64,000 nucleotides of DNA, taken from positions 5,022,001 through 5,086,000 of the forward strand of contig OZ059900.1 of NCBI GenBank assembly GCA_964057225.1. Direction: 5' to 3'. Both the position numbers and the translations under genes were made by a program. A model generated the notes under the pieces. The model searched no databases. It was not told the DNA's origin and saw nothing but the letters and a program-made list of their open reading frames with translations. Shown here piece after piece: positions 24,901 to 39,250 of the stretch. How positions within the stretch are numbered: the stretch's first letter is position 1; every line of letters starts with the position of its first letter. Origin of the DNA: Auanema rhodensis. Taxonomy: Eukaryota; Animalia; Nematoda.

Positions 24901-27900
24901 AAATGTGTAATAAATGTTTTGAGAGTATCGTGAAAACAAGTTGGAAAAAAACTTTTTTTTGGACTTGGAAATTTTTTTTGGACTGTGAGCCATTCGCATG
25001 GCTTAATCCTTGAGGAAAGCTACAGCGCTGACAGATTCAATCAAGTTTAAAAAAAAATTTTTTTTTATTTCAGATGTTGACACTCTTTGAAAATGTGTAA
25101 TAAATGTTTTGAGAGTATCGTGAAAACAAGTTGGAAAAAAACTTTTTTTTGGACTTGGAAATTTTTTTTGGACTGTGAGCCATTCGCATGGCTTAATCCT
25201 TTAGGAAAGCTACAGCGCTGACAGATTCAATCAAGTTTAAAAAAAATTTTTTTTTTTCAATTCAGATGTTGAAACTCTTTAAAAATGTGTAATAAATGTT
25301 TTGAGAGTATCGTGAAAACAAGTTGGAAAAAAATTTTTTTTGGACTGTGAGTCATTCGCATGGCTTAATCCTTGAGGAAAGCTACAGCGCTGACAGATTC
25401 AATCAAGTTTAAAAAAAAAATTTTTTTTTCAATTCAGATGTTGAAACTCTTTAAAAATGTGTAATAAGTGTTTTGAGAGTATCGTGAAAACAAGTTGGAA
25501 AAAAATTTTTTTTGGACTTGGCAATTTTGTTTGGACTGTGAGCCATTCGCATGGCTTAATCCTTGAGGAAAGCTACAGCGCTGACAGATTCAATCAAGTT
25601 TAAAAAAAAAATTTTTTTTAATTCAGATGTTGACACTCTTTGAAAATGTGTAATAAATGTTTTGAGAGTATCGTGAAAACAAGTTGGAAAAAAACTTTTT
25701 TTTGAACTTGGCAATTTTTTTTGGACTGTGAGCCATTCGCATGGCTTAATCCTTGAGGAAAGCTACAGCGCTGACAGATTCAATCAAGTTAAAAAAAAAT
25801 TTTTTTTTTTCAATTCAGATGTTGAAACTCTTTAAAAATGTGTAATAAATGTTTTGAGAGTATCGTGAAAACAAGTTGGAAAAAAATTTTTTTTGGACTT
25901 GGAAATTTTTTTTGGACTGTGAGCCATTCGCATGGCTTAATCCTTGAGGAAAGCTACAGCGCTGACAGATTCAATCAAGTTTAAAAAAAAATTTTTTTTC
26001 AATTCAGATGTTGACACTCTTTGAAAATGTGTAATAAATGTTTTGAGAGTATCGTGAAAACAAGTTGGAAAAAAACTTTTTTTTGGACTTGGAAATTTTT
26101 TTTGGACTGTGAGCCATTCGCATGGCTTAATCCTTGAGGAAAGCTACAGCGCTGACAGATTCAATCAAGTTTAAAAAAAATTTTTTTTTCAATTCAGATG
26201 TTGAAACTCTTTAAAAATGTGTAATAAGTGTTTTGAGAGTATCGTGAAAACAAGTTGGAAAAAAAATTTTTTTTGGACTTGGCAATTTTTTTTGGACTGT
26301 GAGCCATTCGCATGGCTTAATCCTTGAGGAAAGCTACAGCGCTGACAGATTCAATCAAGTTTAAAAAAAAATTTTTTTTTCAATTCAGATGTTGACACTC
26401 TTTGAAAATGTGTAATAAATGTTTTGAGAGTATCGTGAAAACAAGTTGGAAAAAAACTTTTTTTTGGACTTGGAAATTTTTTTTGGACTGTGAGCCATTC
26501 GCATGGCTTAATCGTTGAGGAAAGCTACAGCGCTGACAGATTCAATCAAGTTTAAAAAAAAATTTTTTTTTCAATTCAGATGTTGACACTCTTTGAAAAT
26601 GTGTAATAAATGTTTTGAGAGTATCGTGAAAACAAGTTGGAAAAAAACTTTTTTTTGGACTTGGAAATTTTTTTTGGACTGTGAGCCATTCGCATGGCTT
26701 AATCCTTGAGGAAAGCTACAGCGCTGACAGATTCAATCAAGTTTAAAAAAAAATTTTTTTTTCAATTCAGATGTTGACACTCTTTAAAAATGTGTAATAA
26801 ATGTTTTGAGAGTATCGTGAAAACAAGTTGGAAAAAAATTTTTTTTTGGACTGTGAGTCATTCGCATGGCTTAATCGTTGAGGAAAGCTACAGCGCTGAC
26901 AGATTCAATCAAGTTTAAAAAAAAATTTTTTTTTCAATTCAGATGTTGACACTCTTTGAAAATGTGTAATAAATGTTTTGAGAGTATCGTGAAAACAAGT
27001 TGGAAAAAAACTTTTTTTTGGACTTGGAAATTTTTTTTGGACTGTGAGCCATTCGCATGGCTTAATCCTTTAGGAAAGCTACAGCGCTGACAGATTCAAT
27101 CAAGTTTAAAAAAAATTTTTTTTTTTCAATTCAGATGTTGAAACTCTTTAAAAATGTGTAATAAATGTTTTGAGAGTATCGTGAAAACAAGTTGGAAAAA
27201 AATTTTTTTTGGACTGTGAGTCATTCGCATGGCTTAATCCTTGAGGAAAGCTACAGCGCTGACAGATTCAATCAAGTTTAAAAAAAAAATTTTTTTTTCA
27301 ATTCAGATGTTGAAACTCTTTAAAAATGTGTAATAAGTGTTTTGAGAGTATCGTGAAAACAAGTTGGAAAAAAAATTTTTTTTGGACTTGGCAATTTTGT
27401 TTGGACTGTGAGCCATTCGCATGGCTTAATCCTTGAGGAAAGCTACAGCGCTGACAGATTCAATCAAGTTTAAAAAAAAATTTTTTTTTATTTCAGATGT
27501 TGACACTCTTTGAAAATGTGTAATAAATGTTTTGAGAGTATCGTGAAAACAAGTTGGAAAAAAACTTTTTTTTGGACTTGGAAATTTTTTTTGGACTGTG
27601 AGCCATTCGCATGGCTTAATCCTTGAGGAAAGCTACAGCGCTGACAGATTCAATCAAGTTTAAAAAAAAAATTTTTTTTAATTCAGATGTTGACACTCTT
27701 TGAAAATGTGTAATAAATGTTTTGAGAGTATCGTGAAAACAAGTTGGAAAAAAACTTTTTTTTGAACTTGGCAATTTTTTTTGGACTGTGAGCCATTCGC
27801 ATGGCTTAATCCTTGAGGAAAGCTACAGCGCTGACAGATTCAATCAAGTTTAAAAAAAATTTTTTTTTTTCAATTCAGATGTTGAAACTCTTTAAAAATG

Positions 27901-28220
27901 TGTAATAAATGTTTTGAGAGTATCGTGAAAACAAGTTGGAAAAAAATTTTTTTTGGACTTGGAAATTTTTTTTGGACTGTGAGCCATTCGCATGGCTTAA
28001 TCCTTGAGGAAAGCTACAGCGCTGACAGATTCAATCAAGTTTAAAAAAAAATTTTTTTTCAATTCAGATGTTGACACTCTTTGAAAATGTGTAATAAATG
28101 TTTTGAGAGTATCGTGAAAACAAGTTGGAAAAAAACTTTTTTTTGGACTTGGAAATTTTTTTTGGACTGTGAGCCATTCGCATGGCTTAATCCTTGAGGA
28201 AAGCTACAGCGCTGACAGAT
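21970..28220 (+). repeat. Higher-order repeat, ~19 monomers, ~3563-bp period
   Basis: aatcGttgagg pairs occur at 22951/26514 and 23315/26877, with the same order of ggcaattttGttt, ttAtttcag and gaacttggca variants downstream. Boundaries are approximate. Confidence 0.75.
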
Positions 28221-31200
28221 TCAATCAAGTTAAAAAAAAAATTTTTTTTTCAATTCAGATGTTGACACTCTTTGAAAATGTGTAATAAATGTTTTGAGAG
28301 TATCGTGAAAACAAGTTGGAAAAAAACTTTTTTTTGGACTTGGAAATTTTTTTTGGACTGTGAGCCATTCGCATGGCTTAATCCTTTAGGAAAGCTACAG
28401 CGCTGACAGATTCAATCAAGTTTAAAAAAAATTTTTTTTTTTCAATTCAGATGTTGAAACTCTTTAAAAATGTGTAATAAATGTTTTGAGAGTATCGTGA
28501 AAACAAGTTGGAAAAAAATTTTTTTTGGACTGTGAGTCATTCGCATGGCTTAATCCTTGAGGAAAGCTACAGCGCTGACAGATTCAATCAAGTTTAAAAA
28601 AAAATTTTTTTTAATTCAGATGTTGACACTCTTTGAAAATGTGTAATAAATGTTTTGAGAGTATCGTGAAAACAAGTTGGAAAAAAACTTTTTTTTGGAC
28701 TTGGAAATTTTTTTTGGACTGTGAGCCATTCGCATGGCTTAATCCTTGAGGAAAGCTACAGCGCTGACAGATTCAATCAAGTTTAAAAAAAAATTTTTTT
28801 TTCAATTCAGATGTTGAAACTCTTTAAAAATGTGTAATAAATGTTTTGAGAGTATCGTGAAAACAAGTTGGAAAAAAATTTTTTTTTGGACTTGGAAATT
28901 TTTTTTGGACTGTGAGCCATTCGCATGGCTTAATCCTTGAGAAAAGCTACAGCGCTGACAGATTCAATCAAGTTTAAAAAAAAATTTTTTTTCAATTCAG
29001 ATGTTCACACTCTTTGAAAATGTGTAATAAATGTTTTGAGAGTATCGTGAAAACAAGTTGGAAAAAAACTTTTTTTTGGACTTGGAAATTTTTTTTGGAC
29101 TGTGAGCCATTCGCATGGCTTAATCCTTGAGGAAAGCTACAGCGCTGACAGATTCAATCAAGTTTAAAAAAAAATTTTTTTTCAATTCAGATGTTGACAC
29201 TCTTTGAAAATGTGTAATAAATGTTTTGAGAGTATCGTGAAAACAAGTTGGAAAAAAACTTTTTTTTGGACTTGGAAATTTTTTTTGGACTGTGAGCCAT
29301 TCGCATGGCTTAATCCTTGAGGAAAGCTACAGCGCTGACAGATTCAATCAAGTTTAAAAAAAAATTTTTTTTAATTCAGATGTTGACACTCTTTGAAAAT
29401 GTGTAATAAATGTTTTGAGAGTATCGTGAAAACAAGTTGGAAAAAAACTTTTTTTTGGACTTGGAAATTTTTTTTGGACTGTGAGCCATTCGCATGGCTT
29501 AATCCTTGAGGAAAGCTACAGCGCTGACAGATTCAATCAAGTTTAAAAAAAAATTTTTTTTCAATTCAGATGTTGACACTCTTTGAAAATGTGTAATAAA
29601 TGTTTTGAGAGTATCGTGAAAACAAGTTGGAAAAAAACTTTTTTTTGGACTTGGAAATTTTTTTTGGACTGTGAGCCATTCGCATGGCTTAATCCTTGAG
29701 GAAAGCTACAGCGCTGACAGATTCAATCAAGTTTAAAAAAAAATTTTTTTTTCAATTCAGATGTTGAAACTCTTTAAAAATGTGTAATAAATGTTTTGAG
29801 AGTATCGTGAAAACAAGTTGGAAAAAAATTTTTTTTTGGACTTGGAAATTTTTTTTGGACTGTGAGCCATTCGCATGGCTTAATCCTTGAGAAAAGCTAC
29901 AGCGCTGACAGATTCAATCAAGTTTAAAAAAAATTTTTTTTTTCAATTCAGATGTTGAAACTCTTTAAAAATGTGTAATAAATGTTTTGAGAGTATCGTG
30001 AAAACAAGTTGGAAAAAAACTTTTTTTTGGACTTGGAAATTTTTTTTGGACTGTGAGCCATTCGCATGGCTTAATCCTTGAGGAAAGCTACAGCGCTGAC
30101 AGATTCAATCAAGTTTAAAAAAAAATTTTTTTTCAATTCAGATGTTGACACTCTTTGAAAATGTGTAATAAATGTTTTGAGAGTATCGTGAAAACAAGTT
30201 GGAAAAAAACTTTTTTTTGGACTTGGAAATTTTTTTTGGACTGTGAGCCATTCGCATGGCTTAATCCTTGAGGAAAGCTACAGCGCTGACAGATTCAATC
30301 AAGTTTAAAAAAAAATTTTTTTTAATTCAGATGTTGACACTCTTTGAAAATGTGTAATAAATGTTTTGAGAGTATCGTGAAAACAAGTTGGAAAAAAACT
30401 TTTTTTTGGACTTGGAAATTTTTTTTGGACTGTGAGCCATTCGCATGGCTTAATCTTTGAGGAAAGCTACAGCGCTGACAGATTCAATCAAGTTTAAAAA
30501 AAAATTTTTTTTTCAATTCAGATGTTGAAACTCTTTAAAAATGTGTAATAAATGTTTTGAGAGTATCGTGAAAACAAGTTGGAAAAAAATTTTTTTTTGG
30601 ACTTGGAAATTTTTTTTGGACTGTGAGCCATTCGCATGGCTTAATCCTTGAGGAAAGCTACAGCGCTGACAGATTCAATCAAGTTTAAAAAAAAATTTTT
30701 TTTTAATTCAGATGTTGACACTCTTTGAAAATGTGTAATAAATGTTTTGAGAGTATCGTGAAAACAAGTTGGAAAAAAACTTTTTTTTGGACTTGGAAAT
30801 TTTTTTTGGACTGTGAGCCATTCGCATGGCTTAATCCTTGAGGAAAGCTACAGCGCTGACAGATTCAATCAAGTTTAAAAAAAAAATTTTTTTCAATTCA
30901 GATGTTGACACTCTTTGAAAATGTGTAATAAATGTTTTGAGAGTATCGTGAAAACAAGTTGGAAAAAAACTTTTTTTTGGACTGTGAGCCATTCGCATGG
31001 CTTAATCGTTGAGGAAAGCTACAGCGCTGACAGATTCAATCAAGTTTAAAAAAAAAATTTTTTTTTTCAATTCAGATGTTGAAACTCTTTAAAAATGTGT
31101 AATAAATGTTTTGAGAGTATCGTGAAAACAAGTTGGAAAAAATTTTTTTTTTGGACTTGGAAATTTTTTTTGGACTGTGAGCCATTCGCATGGCTTAATC

Positions 31201-32499
31201 CTTGAGGAAAGCTACAGCGCTGACAGATTCAATCAAGTTAAAAAAAAAATTTTTTTTTCAATTCAGATGTTGAAACTCTTTAAAAATGTGTAATAAATGT
31301 TTTGAGAGTATCGTGAAAACAAGTTGGAAAAAAACTTTTTTTTTGGACTGTGAGTCATTCGCATGGCTTAATCCTTGAGGAAAGCTACAGCGCTGACAGA
31401 TTCAATCAAGTTTAAAAAAAAAATTTTTTTTTCAATTCAGATGTTGAAACTCTTTAAAAATGTGTAATAAATGTTTTGAGAGTATCGTGAAAACAAGTTG
31501 GAAAAAAATTTTTTTTTGGACTTGGAAATTTTTTTTGGACTGTGAGCCATTCGCATGGCTTAATCCTTGAGGAAAGCTACAGCGCTGACAGATTCAATCA
31601 AGTTTAAAAAAAAATTTTTTTTTCAATTCAGATGTTGAAACTCTTTGAAAATGTGTAATAAATGTTTTGAGAGTATCGTGAAAACAAGTTGGAAAAAAAC
31701 TTTTTTTTTGGACTGTGAGTCATTCGCATGGCTTAATCCTTGAGGAAAGCTACAGCGCTGACAGATTCAATCAAGTTTAAAAAAAAATTTTTTTTTCAAT
31801 TCAGATGTTGAAACTCTTTAAAAATGTGTAATAAATGTTTTGAGAGTATCGTGAAAACAAGTTGGAAAAAAACTTTTTTTTGGACTTGGAAATTTTTTTT
31901 GGACTGTGAGCCATTCGCATGGCTTAATCCTTGAGGAAAGCTACAGCGCTGACAGATTCAATAAAGTTTAAAAAAAAAATTTTTTTTTTCAATCCAGATG
32001 TTGAAACTCTTTAAAAATGTGTAATAAATGTTTTGAGAGTATCGTGAAAACAAGTTGGAAAAAATTTTTTTTTTGGACTTGGAAATTTTTTTTGGACTGT
32101 GAGCCATTCGCATGGCTTAATCCTTGAGGAAAGCTACAGCGCTGACAGATTCAATCAAGTTTAAAAAAAAATTTTTTTTTTCAATTCAGATGTTGAAACT
32201 CTTTAAAAATGTGTAATAAATGTTTTGAGAGTATCGTGAAAACAAGTTGGAAAAAAACTTTTTTTTTGGACTGTGAGTCATTCGCATGGCTTAATCCTTG
32301 AGGAAAGCTACAGCGCTGACAGATTCAATCAAGTTTAAAAAAAATTTTTTTTTTCAATTCAGATGTTGAAACTCTTTAAAAATGTGTAATAAATGTTTTG
32401 AGAGTATCGTGAAAACAAGTTGGAAAAAAACTTTTTTTTGGACTTGGAAATTTTTTTTGGACTGTGAGCCATTCGCATGGCTTAATCCTTGAGGAAAGC

Positions 32500-34650
32500 T
32501 ACAGCGCTGACAGATTCAATCAAGTTTAAAAAAAATTTTTTTTTTCAATTCAGATGTTGAAACTCTTTAAAAATGTGTAATAAATGTTTTGAGAGTATCG
32601 TGAAAACAAGTTGGAAAAAAACTTTTTTTTGGACTTGGAAATTTTTTTTGGACTGTGAGCCATTCGCATGGCTTAATCCTTGAGGAAAGCTACAGCGCTG
32701 ACAGATTCAATCAAGTTTAAAAAAAAATTTTTTTTCAATTCAGATGTTGACACTCTTTGAAAATGTGTAATAAATGTTTTGAGAGTATCGTGAAAACAAG
32801 TTGGAAAAAAACTTTTTTTTGGACTTGGAAATTTTTTTTGGACTGTGAGCCATTCGCATGGCTTAATCCTTGAGGAAAGCTACAGCGCTGACAGATTCAA
32901 TCAAGTTTAAAAAAAAATTTTTTTTTCAATTCAGATGTTGACACTCTTTGAAAATGTGTAATAAATGTTTTGAGAGTATCGTGAAAACAAGTTGGAAAAA
33001 AACTTTTTTTTGGACTTGGAAATTTTTTTTGGACTGTGAGCCATTCGCATGGCTTAATCCTTGAGAAAAGCTACAGCGCTGACAGATTCAATCAAGTTTA
33101 AAAAAAATTTTTTTTTTCAATTCAGATGTTGAAACTCTTTAAAAATGTGTAATAAATGTTTTGAGAGTATCGTGAAAACAAGTTGGAAAAAAACTTTTTT
33201 TTGGACTTGGAAATTTTTTTTGGACTGTGAGCCATTCGCATGGCTTAATCCTTGAGGAAAGCTACAGCGCTGACAGATTCAATCAAGTTTAAAAAAAAAT
33301 TTTTTTTTAATTCAGATGTTGACACTCTTTAAAAATGTGTAATAAATGTTTTGAAAGTATCGTGAAAACAAGTTGGAAAAAAACTTTTTTTTGGACTTGG
33401 AAATTTTTTTTGGACTGTGAGCCATTCGCATGGCTTAATCCTTGAGGAAAGCTACAGCGCTGACAGATTCAATAAAGTTTAAAAAAAAAATTTTTTTTTT
33501 CAATCCAGATGTTGAAACTCTTTAAAAATGTGTAATAAATGTTTTGAGAGTATCGTGAAAACAAGTTGGAAAAAATTTTTTTTTTGGACTTGGAAATTTT
33601 TTTTGGACTGTGAGCCATTCGCATGGCTTAATCCTTGAGGAAAGCTACAGCGCTGACAGATTCAATCAAGTTTAAAAAAAAATTTTTTTTTTCAATTCAG
33701 ATGTTGAAACTCTTTAAAAATGTGTAATAAATGTTTTGAGAGTATCGTGAAAACAAGTTGGAAAAAAACTTTTTTTTTGGACTGTGAGTCATTCGCATGG
33801 CTTAATCCTTGAGGAAAGCTACAGCGCTGACAGATTCAATCAAGTTTAAAAAAAATTTTTTTTTTCAATTCAGATGTTGAAACTCTTTAAAAATGTGTAA
33901 TAAATGTTTTGAGAGTATCGTGAAAACAAGTTGGAAAAAAACTTTTTTTTGGACTTGGAAATTTTTTTTGGACTGTGAGCCATTCGCATGGCTTAATCCT
34001 TGAGGAAAGCTACAGCGCTGACAGATTCAATCAAGTTTAAAAAAAAATTTTTTTTCAATTCAGATGTTGACACTCTTTGAAAATGTGTAATAAATGTTTT
34101 GAGAGTATCGTGAAAACAAGTTGGAAAAAAACTTTTTTTTGGACTTGGAAATTTTTTTTGGACTGTGAGCCATTCGCATGGCTTAATCCTTGAGGAAAGC
34201 TACAGCGCTGACAGATTCAATCAAGTTTAAAAAAAAATTTTTTTTTCAATTCAGATGTTGACACTCTTTGAAAATGTGTAATAAATGTTTTGAGAGTATC
34301 GTGAAAACAAGTTGGAAAAAAACTTTTTTTTGGACTTGGAAATTTTTTTTGGACTGTGAGCCATTCGCATGGCTTAATCCTTGAGAAAAGCTACAGCGCT
34401 GACAGATTCAATCAAGTTTAAAAAAAATTTTTTTTTTCAATTCAGATGTTGAAACTCTTTAAAAATGTGTAATAAATGTTTTGAGAGTATCGTGAAAACA
34501 AGTTGGAAAAAAACTTTTTTTTGGACTTGGAAATTTTTTTTGGACTGTGAGCCATTCGCATGGCTTAATCCTTGAGGAAAGCTACAGCGCTGACAGATTC
34601 AATCAAGTTTAAAAAAAAATTTTTTTTTAATTCAGATGTTGACACTCTTT
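32500..34650 (+). repeat. 7-monomer duplication, 1320-bp offset
   Basis: Sequence lines 32701-33301 match 34021-34621, including ttgagAaaag at 33061 and 34381. Confidence 0.8.
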
Positions 34651-34759
34651 GAAAATGTGTAATAAATGTTTTGAGAGTATCGTGAAAACAAGTTGGAAAA
34701 AAACTTTTTTTTGGACTTGGAAATTTTTTTTGGACTGTGAGCCATTCGCATGGCTTAAA

Positions 34760-37700
34760 CCTTGAGGAAAGCTACAGCGCTGACAGATTCAATCAAGTTT
34801 AAAAAAAAAATTTTTTTCAATTCAGATGTTGACACTCTTTGAAAATGTGTAATAAATGTTTTGAGAGTATCGTGAAAACAAGTTGGAAAAAAACTTTTTT
34901 TTGGACTGTGAGCCATTCGCATGGCTTAATCGTTGAGGAAAGCTACAGCGCTGACAGATTCAATCAAGTTTAAAAAAAAAATTTTTTTTTTCAATTCAGA
35001 TGTTGAAACTCTTTAAAAATGTGTAATAAATGTTTTGAGAGTATCGTGAAAACAAGTTGGAAAAAATTTTTTTTTTGGACTTGGAAATTTTTTTTGGACT
35101 GTGAGCCATTCGCATGGCTTAATCCTTGAGGAAAGCTACAGCGCTGACAGATTCAATCAAGTTAAAAAAAAAATTTTTTTTTCAATTCAGATGTTGAAAC
35201 TCTTTAAAAATGTGTAATAAATGTTTTGAGAGTATCGTGAAAACAAGTTGGAAAAAAACTTTTTTTTTGGACTGTGAGTCATTCGCATGGCTTAATCCTT
35301 GAGGAAAGCTACAGCGCTGACAGATTCAATCAAGTTTAAAAAAAAAATTTTTTTTTCAATTCAGATGTTGAAACTCTTTAAAAATGTGTAATAAATGTTT
35401 TGAGAGTATCGTGAAAACAAGTTGGAAAAAAATTTTTTTTTGGACTTGGAAATTTTTTTTGGACTGTGAGCCATTCGCATGGCTTAATCCTTGAGGAAAG
35501 CTACAGCGCTGACAGATTCAATCAAGTTTAAAAAAAAATTTTTTTTTCAATTCAGATGTTGAAACTCTTTGAAAATGTGTAATAAATGTTTTGAGAGTAT
35601 CGTGAAAACAAGTTGGAAAAAAACTTTTTTTTTGGACTGTGAGTCATTCGCATGGCTTAATCCTTGAGGAAAGCTACAGCGCTGACAGATTCAATCAAGT
35701 TTAAAAAAAAAATTTTTTTTTCAATTCAGATGTTGAAACTCTTTAAAAATGTGTAATAAATGTTTTGAGAGTATCGTGAAAACAAGTTGGAAAAAAATTT
35801 TTTTTTGGACTTGGAAATTTTTTTTGGACTGTGAGCCATTCGCATGGCTTAATCCTTGAGGAAAGCTACAGCGCTGACAGATTCAATCAAGTTTAAAAAA
35901 AAATTTTTTTTTCAATTCAGATGTTGAAACTCTTTAAAAATGTGTAATAAATGTTTTGAGAGTATCGTGAAAACAAGTTGGAAAAAAACTTTTTTTTGGA
36001 CTTGGAAATTTTTTTTGGACTGTGAGCCATTCGCATGGCTTAATCCTTGAGGAAAGCTACAGCGCTGACAGATTCAATAAAGTTTAAAAAAAAAATTTTT
36101 TTTTTCAATCCAGATGTTGAAACTCTTTAAAAATGTGTAATAAATGTTTTGAGAGTATCGTGAAAACAAGTTGGAAAAAATTTTTTTTTTGGACTTGGAA
36201 ATTTTTTTTGGACTGTGAGCCATTCGCATGGCTTAATCCTTGAGGAAAGCTACAGCGCTGACAGATTCAATCAAGTTTAAAAAAAAATTTTTTTTTTCAA
36301 TTCAGATGTTGAAACTCTTTAAAAATGTGTAATAAATGTTTTGAGAGTATCGTGAAAACAAGTTGGAAAAAAACTTTTTTTTTGGACTGTGAGTCATTCG
36401 CATGGCTTAATCCTTGAGGAAAGCTACAGCGCTGACAGATTCAATCAAGTTTAAAAAAAATTTTTTTTTTCAATTCAGATGTTGAAACTCTTTAAAAATG
36501 TGTAATAAATGTTTTGAGAGTATCGTGAAAACAAGTTGGAAAAAAACTTTTTTTTGGACTTGGAAATTTTTTTTGGACTGTGAGCCATTCGCATGGCTTA
36601 ATCCTTGAGGAAAGCTACAGCGCTGACAGATTCAATCAAGTTTAAAAAAAAATTTTTTTTCAATTCAGATGTTGACACTCTTTGAAAATGTGTAATAAAT
36701 GTTTTGAGAGTATCGTGAAAACAAGTTGGAAAAAAACTTTTTTTTGGACTTGGAAATTTTTTTTGGACTGTGAGCCATTCGCATGGCTTAATCCTTGAGG
36801 AAAGCTACAGCGCTGACAGATTCAATCAAGTTTAAAAAAAAATTTTTTTTAATTCAGATGTTGACACTCTTTGAAAATGTGTAATAAATGTTTTGAGAGT
36901 ATCGTGAAAACAAGTTGGAAAAAAACTTTTTTTTGGACTTGGAAATTTTTTTTGGACTGTGAGCCATTCGCATGGCTTAATCCTTGAGGAAAGCTACAGC
37001 GCTGACAGATTCAATCAAGTTTAAAAAAAAATTTTTTTTTCAATTCAGATGTTGAAACTCTTTAAAAATGTGTAATAAATGTTTTGAGAGTATCGTGAAA
37101 ACAAGTTGGAAAAAAATTTTTTTTTGGACTTGGAAATTTTTTTTGGACTGTGAGCCATTCGCATGGCTTAATCCTTGAGAAAAGCTACAGCGCTGACAGA
37201 TTCAATCAAGTTTAAAAAAAATTTTTTTTTTCAATTCAGATGTTGAAACTCTTTAAAAATGTGTAATAAATGTTTTGAGAGTATCGTGAAAACAAGTTGG
37301 AAAAAAACTTTTTTTTGGACTTGGAAATTTTTTTTGGACTGTGAGCCATTCGCATGGCTTAATCCTTGAGGAAAGCTACAGCGCTGACAGATTCAATCAA
37401 GTTTAAAAAAAAATTTTTTTTCAATTCAGATGTTGACACTCTTTGAAAATGTGTAATAAATGTTTTGAGAGTATCGTGAAAACAAGTTGGAAAAAAACTT
37501 TTTTTTGGACTTGGAAATTTTTTTTGGACTGTGAGCCATTCGCATGGCTTAATCCTTGAGGAAAGCTACAGCGCTGACAGATTCAATCAAGTTTAAAAAA
37601 AAAATTTTTTTCAATTCAGATGTTGACACTCTTTGAAAATGTGTAATAAATGTTTTGAGAGTATCGTGAAAACAAGTTGGAAAAAAACTTTTTTTTGGAC

Positions 37701-39250
37701 TGTGAGCCATTCGCATGGCTTAATCGTTGAGGAAAGCTACAGCGCTGACAGATTCAATCAAGTTTAAAAAAAAAATTTTTTTTTTCAATTCAGATGTTGA
37801 AACTCTTTAAAAATGTGTAATAAATGTTTTGAGAGTATCGTGAAAACAAGTTGGAAAAAATTTTTTTTTTGGACTTGGAAATTTTTTTTGGACTGTGAGC
37901 CATTCGCATGGCTTAATCCTTGAGGAAAGCTACAGCGCTGACAGATTCAATCAAGTTAAAAAAAAAATTTTTTTTTCAATTCAGATGTTGAAACTCTTTA
38001 AAAATGTGTAATAAATGTTTTGAGAGTATCGTGAAAACAAGTTGGAAAAAAACTTTTTTTTTGGACTGTGAGTCATTCGCATGGCTTAATCCTTGAGGAA
38101 AGCTACAGCGCTGACAGATTCAATCAAGTTTAAAAAAAAAATTTTTTTTTCAATTCAGATGTTGAAACTCTTTAAAAATGTGTAATAAATGTTTTGAGAG
38201 TATCGTGAAAACAAGTTGGAAAAAAATTTTTTTTTGGACTTGGAAATTTTTTTTGGACTGTGAGCCATTCGCATGGCTTAATCCTTGAGGAAAGCTACAG
38301 CGCTGACAGATTCAATCAAGTTTAAAAAAAAATTTTTTTTTCAATTCAGATGTTGAAACTCTTTGAAAATGTGTAATAAATGTTTTGAGAGTATCGTGAA
38401 AACAAGTTGGAAAAAAACTTTTTTTTTGGACTGTGAGTCATTCGCATGGCTTAATCCTTGAGGAAAGCTACAGCGCTGACAGATTCAATCAAGTTTAAAA
38501 AAAAAATTTTTTTTTCAATTCAGATGTTGAAACTCTTTAAAAATGTGTAATAAATGTTTTGAGAGTATCGTGAAAACAAGTTGGAAAAAAATTTTTTTTT
38601 GGACTTGGAAATTTTTTTTGGACTGTGAGCCATTCGCATGGCTTAATCCTTGAGGAAAGCTACAGCGCTGACAGATTCAATCAAGTTTAAAAAAAAATTT
38701 TTTTTTCAATTCAGATGTTGAAACTCTTTAAAAATGTGTAATAAATGTTTTGAGAGTATCGTGAAAACAAGTTGGAAAAAAACTTTTTTTTGGACTTGGA
38801 AATTTTTTTTGGACTGTGAGCCATTCGCATGGCTTAATCCTTGAGGAAAGCTACAGCGCTGACAGATTCAATAAAGTTTAAAAAAAAAATTTTTTTTTTC
38901 AATCCAGATGTTGAAACTCTTTAAAAATGTGTAATAAATGTTTTGAGAGTATCGTGAAAACAAGTTGGAAAAAATTTTTTTTTTGGACTTGGAAATTTTT
39001 TTTGGACTGTGAGCCATTCGCATGGCTTAATCCTTGAGGAAAGCTACAGCGCTGACAGATTCAATCAAGTTTAAAAAAAAATTTTTTTTTTCAATTCAGA
39101 TGTTGAAACTCTTTAAAAATGTGTAATAAATGTTTTGAGAGTATCGTGAAAACAAGTTGGAAAAAAACTTTTTTTTTGGACTGTGAGTCATTCGCATGGC
39201 TTAATCCTTGAGGAAAGCTACAGCGCTGACAGATTCAATCAAGTTTAAAA
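34760..39250 (+). repeat. Higher-order repeat, ~15 monomers, 2794-bp period (related partial copy at ~30.8-32.5 kb)
   Basis: aatcGtt after a short monomer occurs at 34932/37726 (also 31008), and caatAaag...caatCcag occurs at 36077/38871. Confidence 0.8.
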
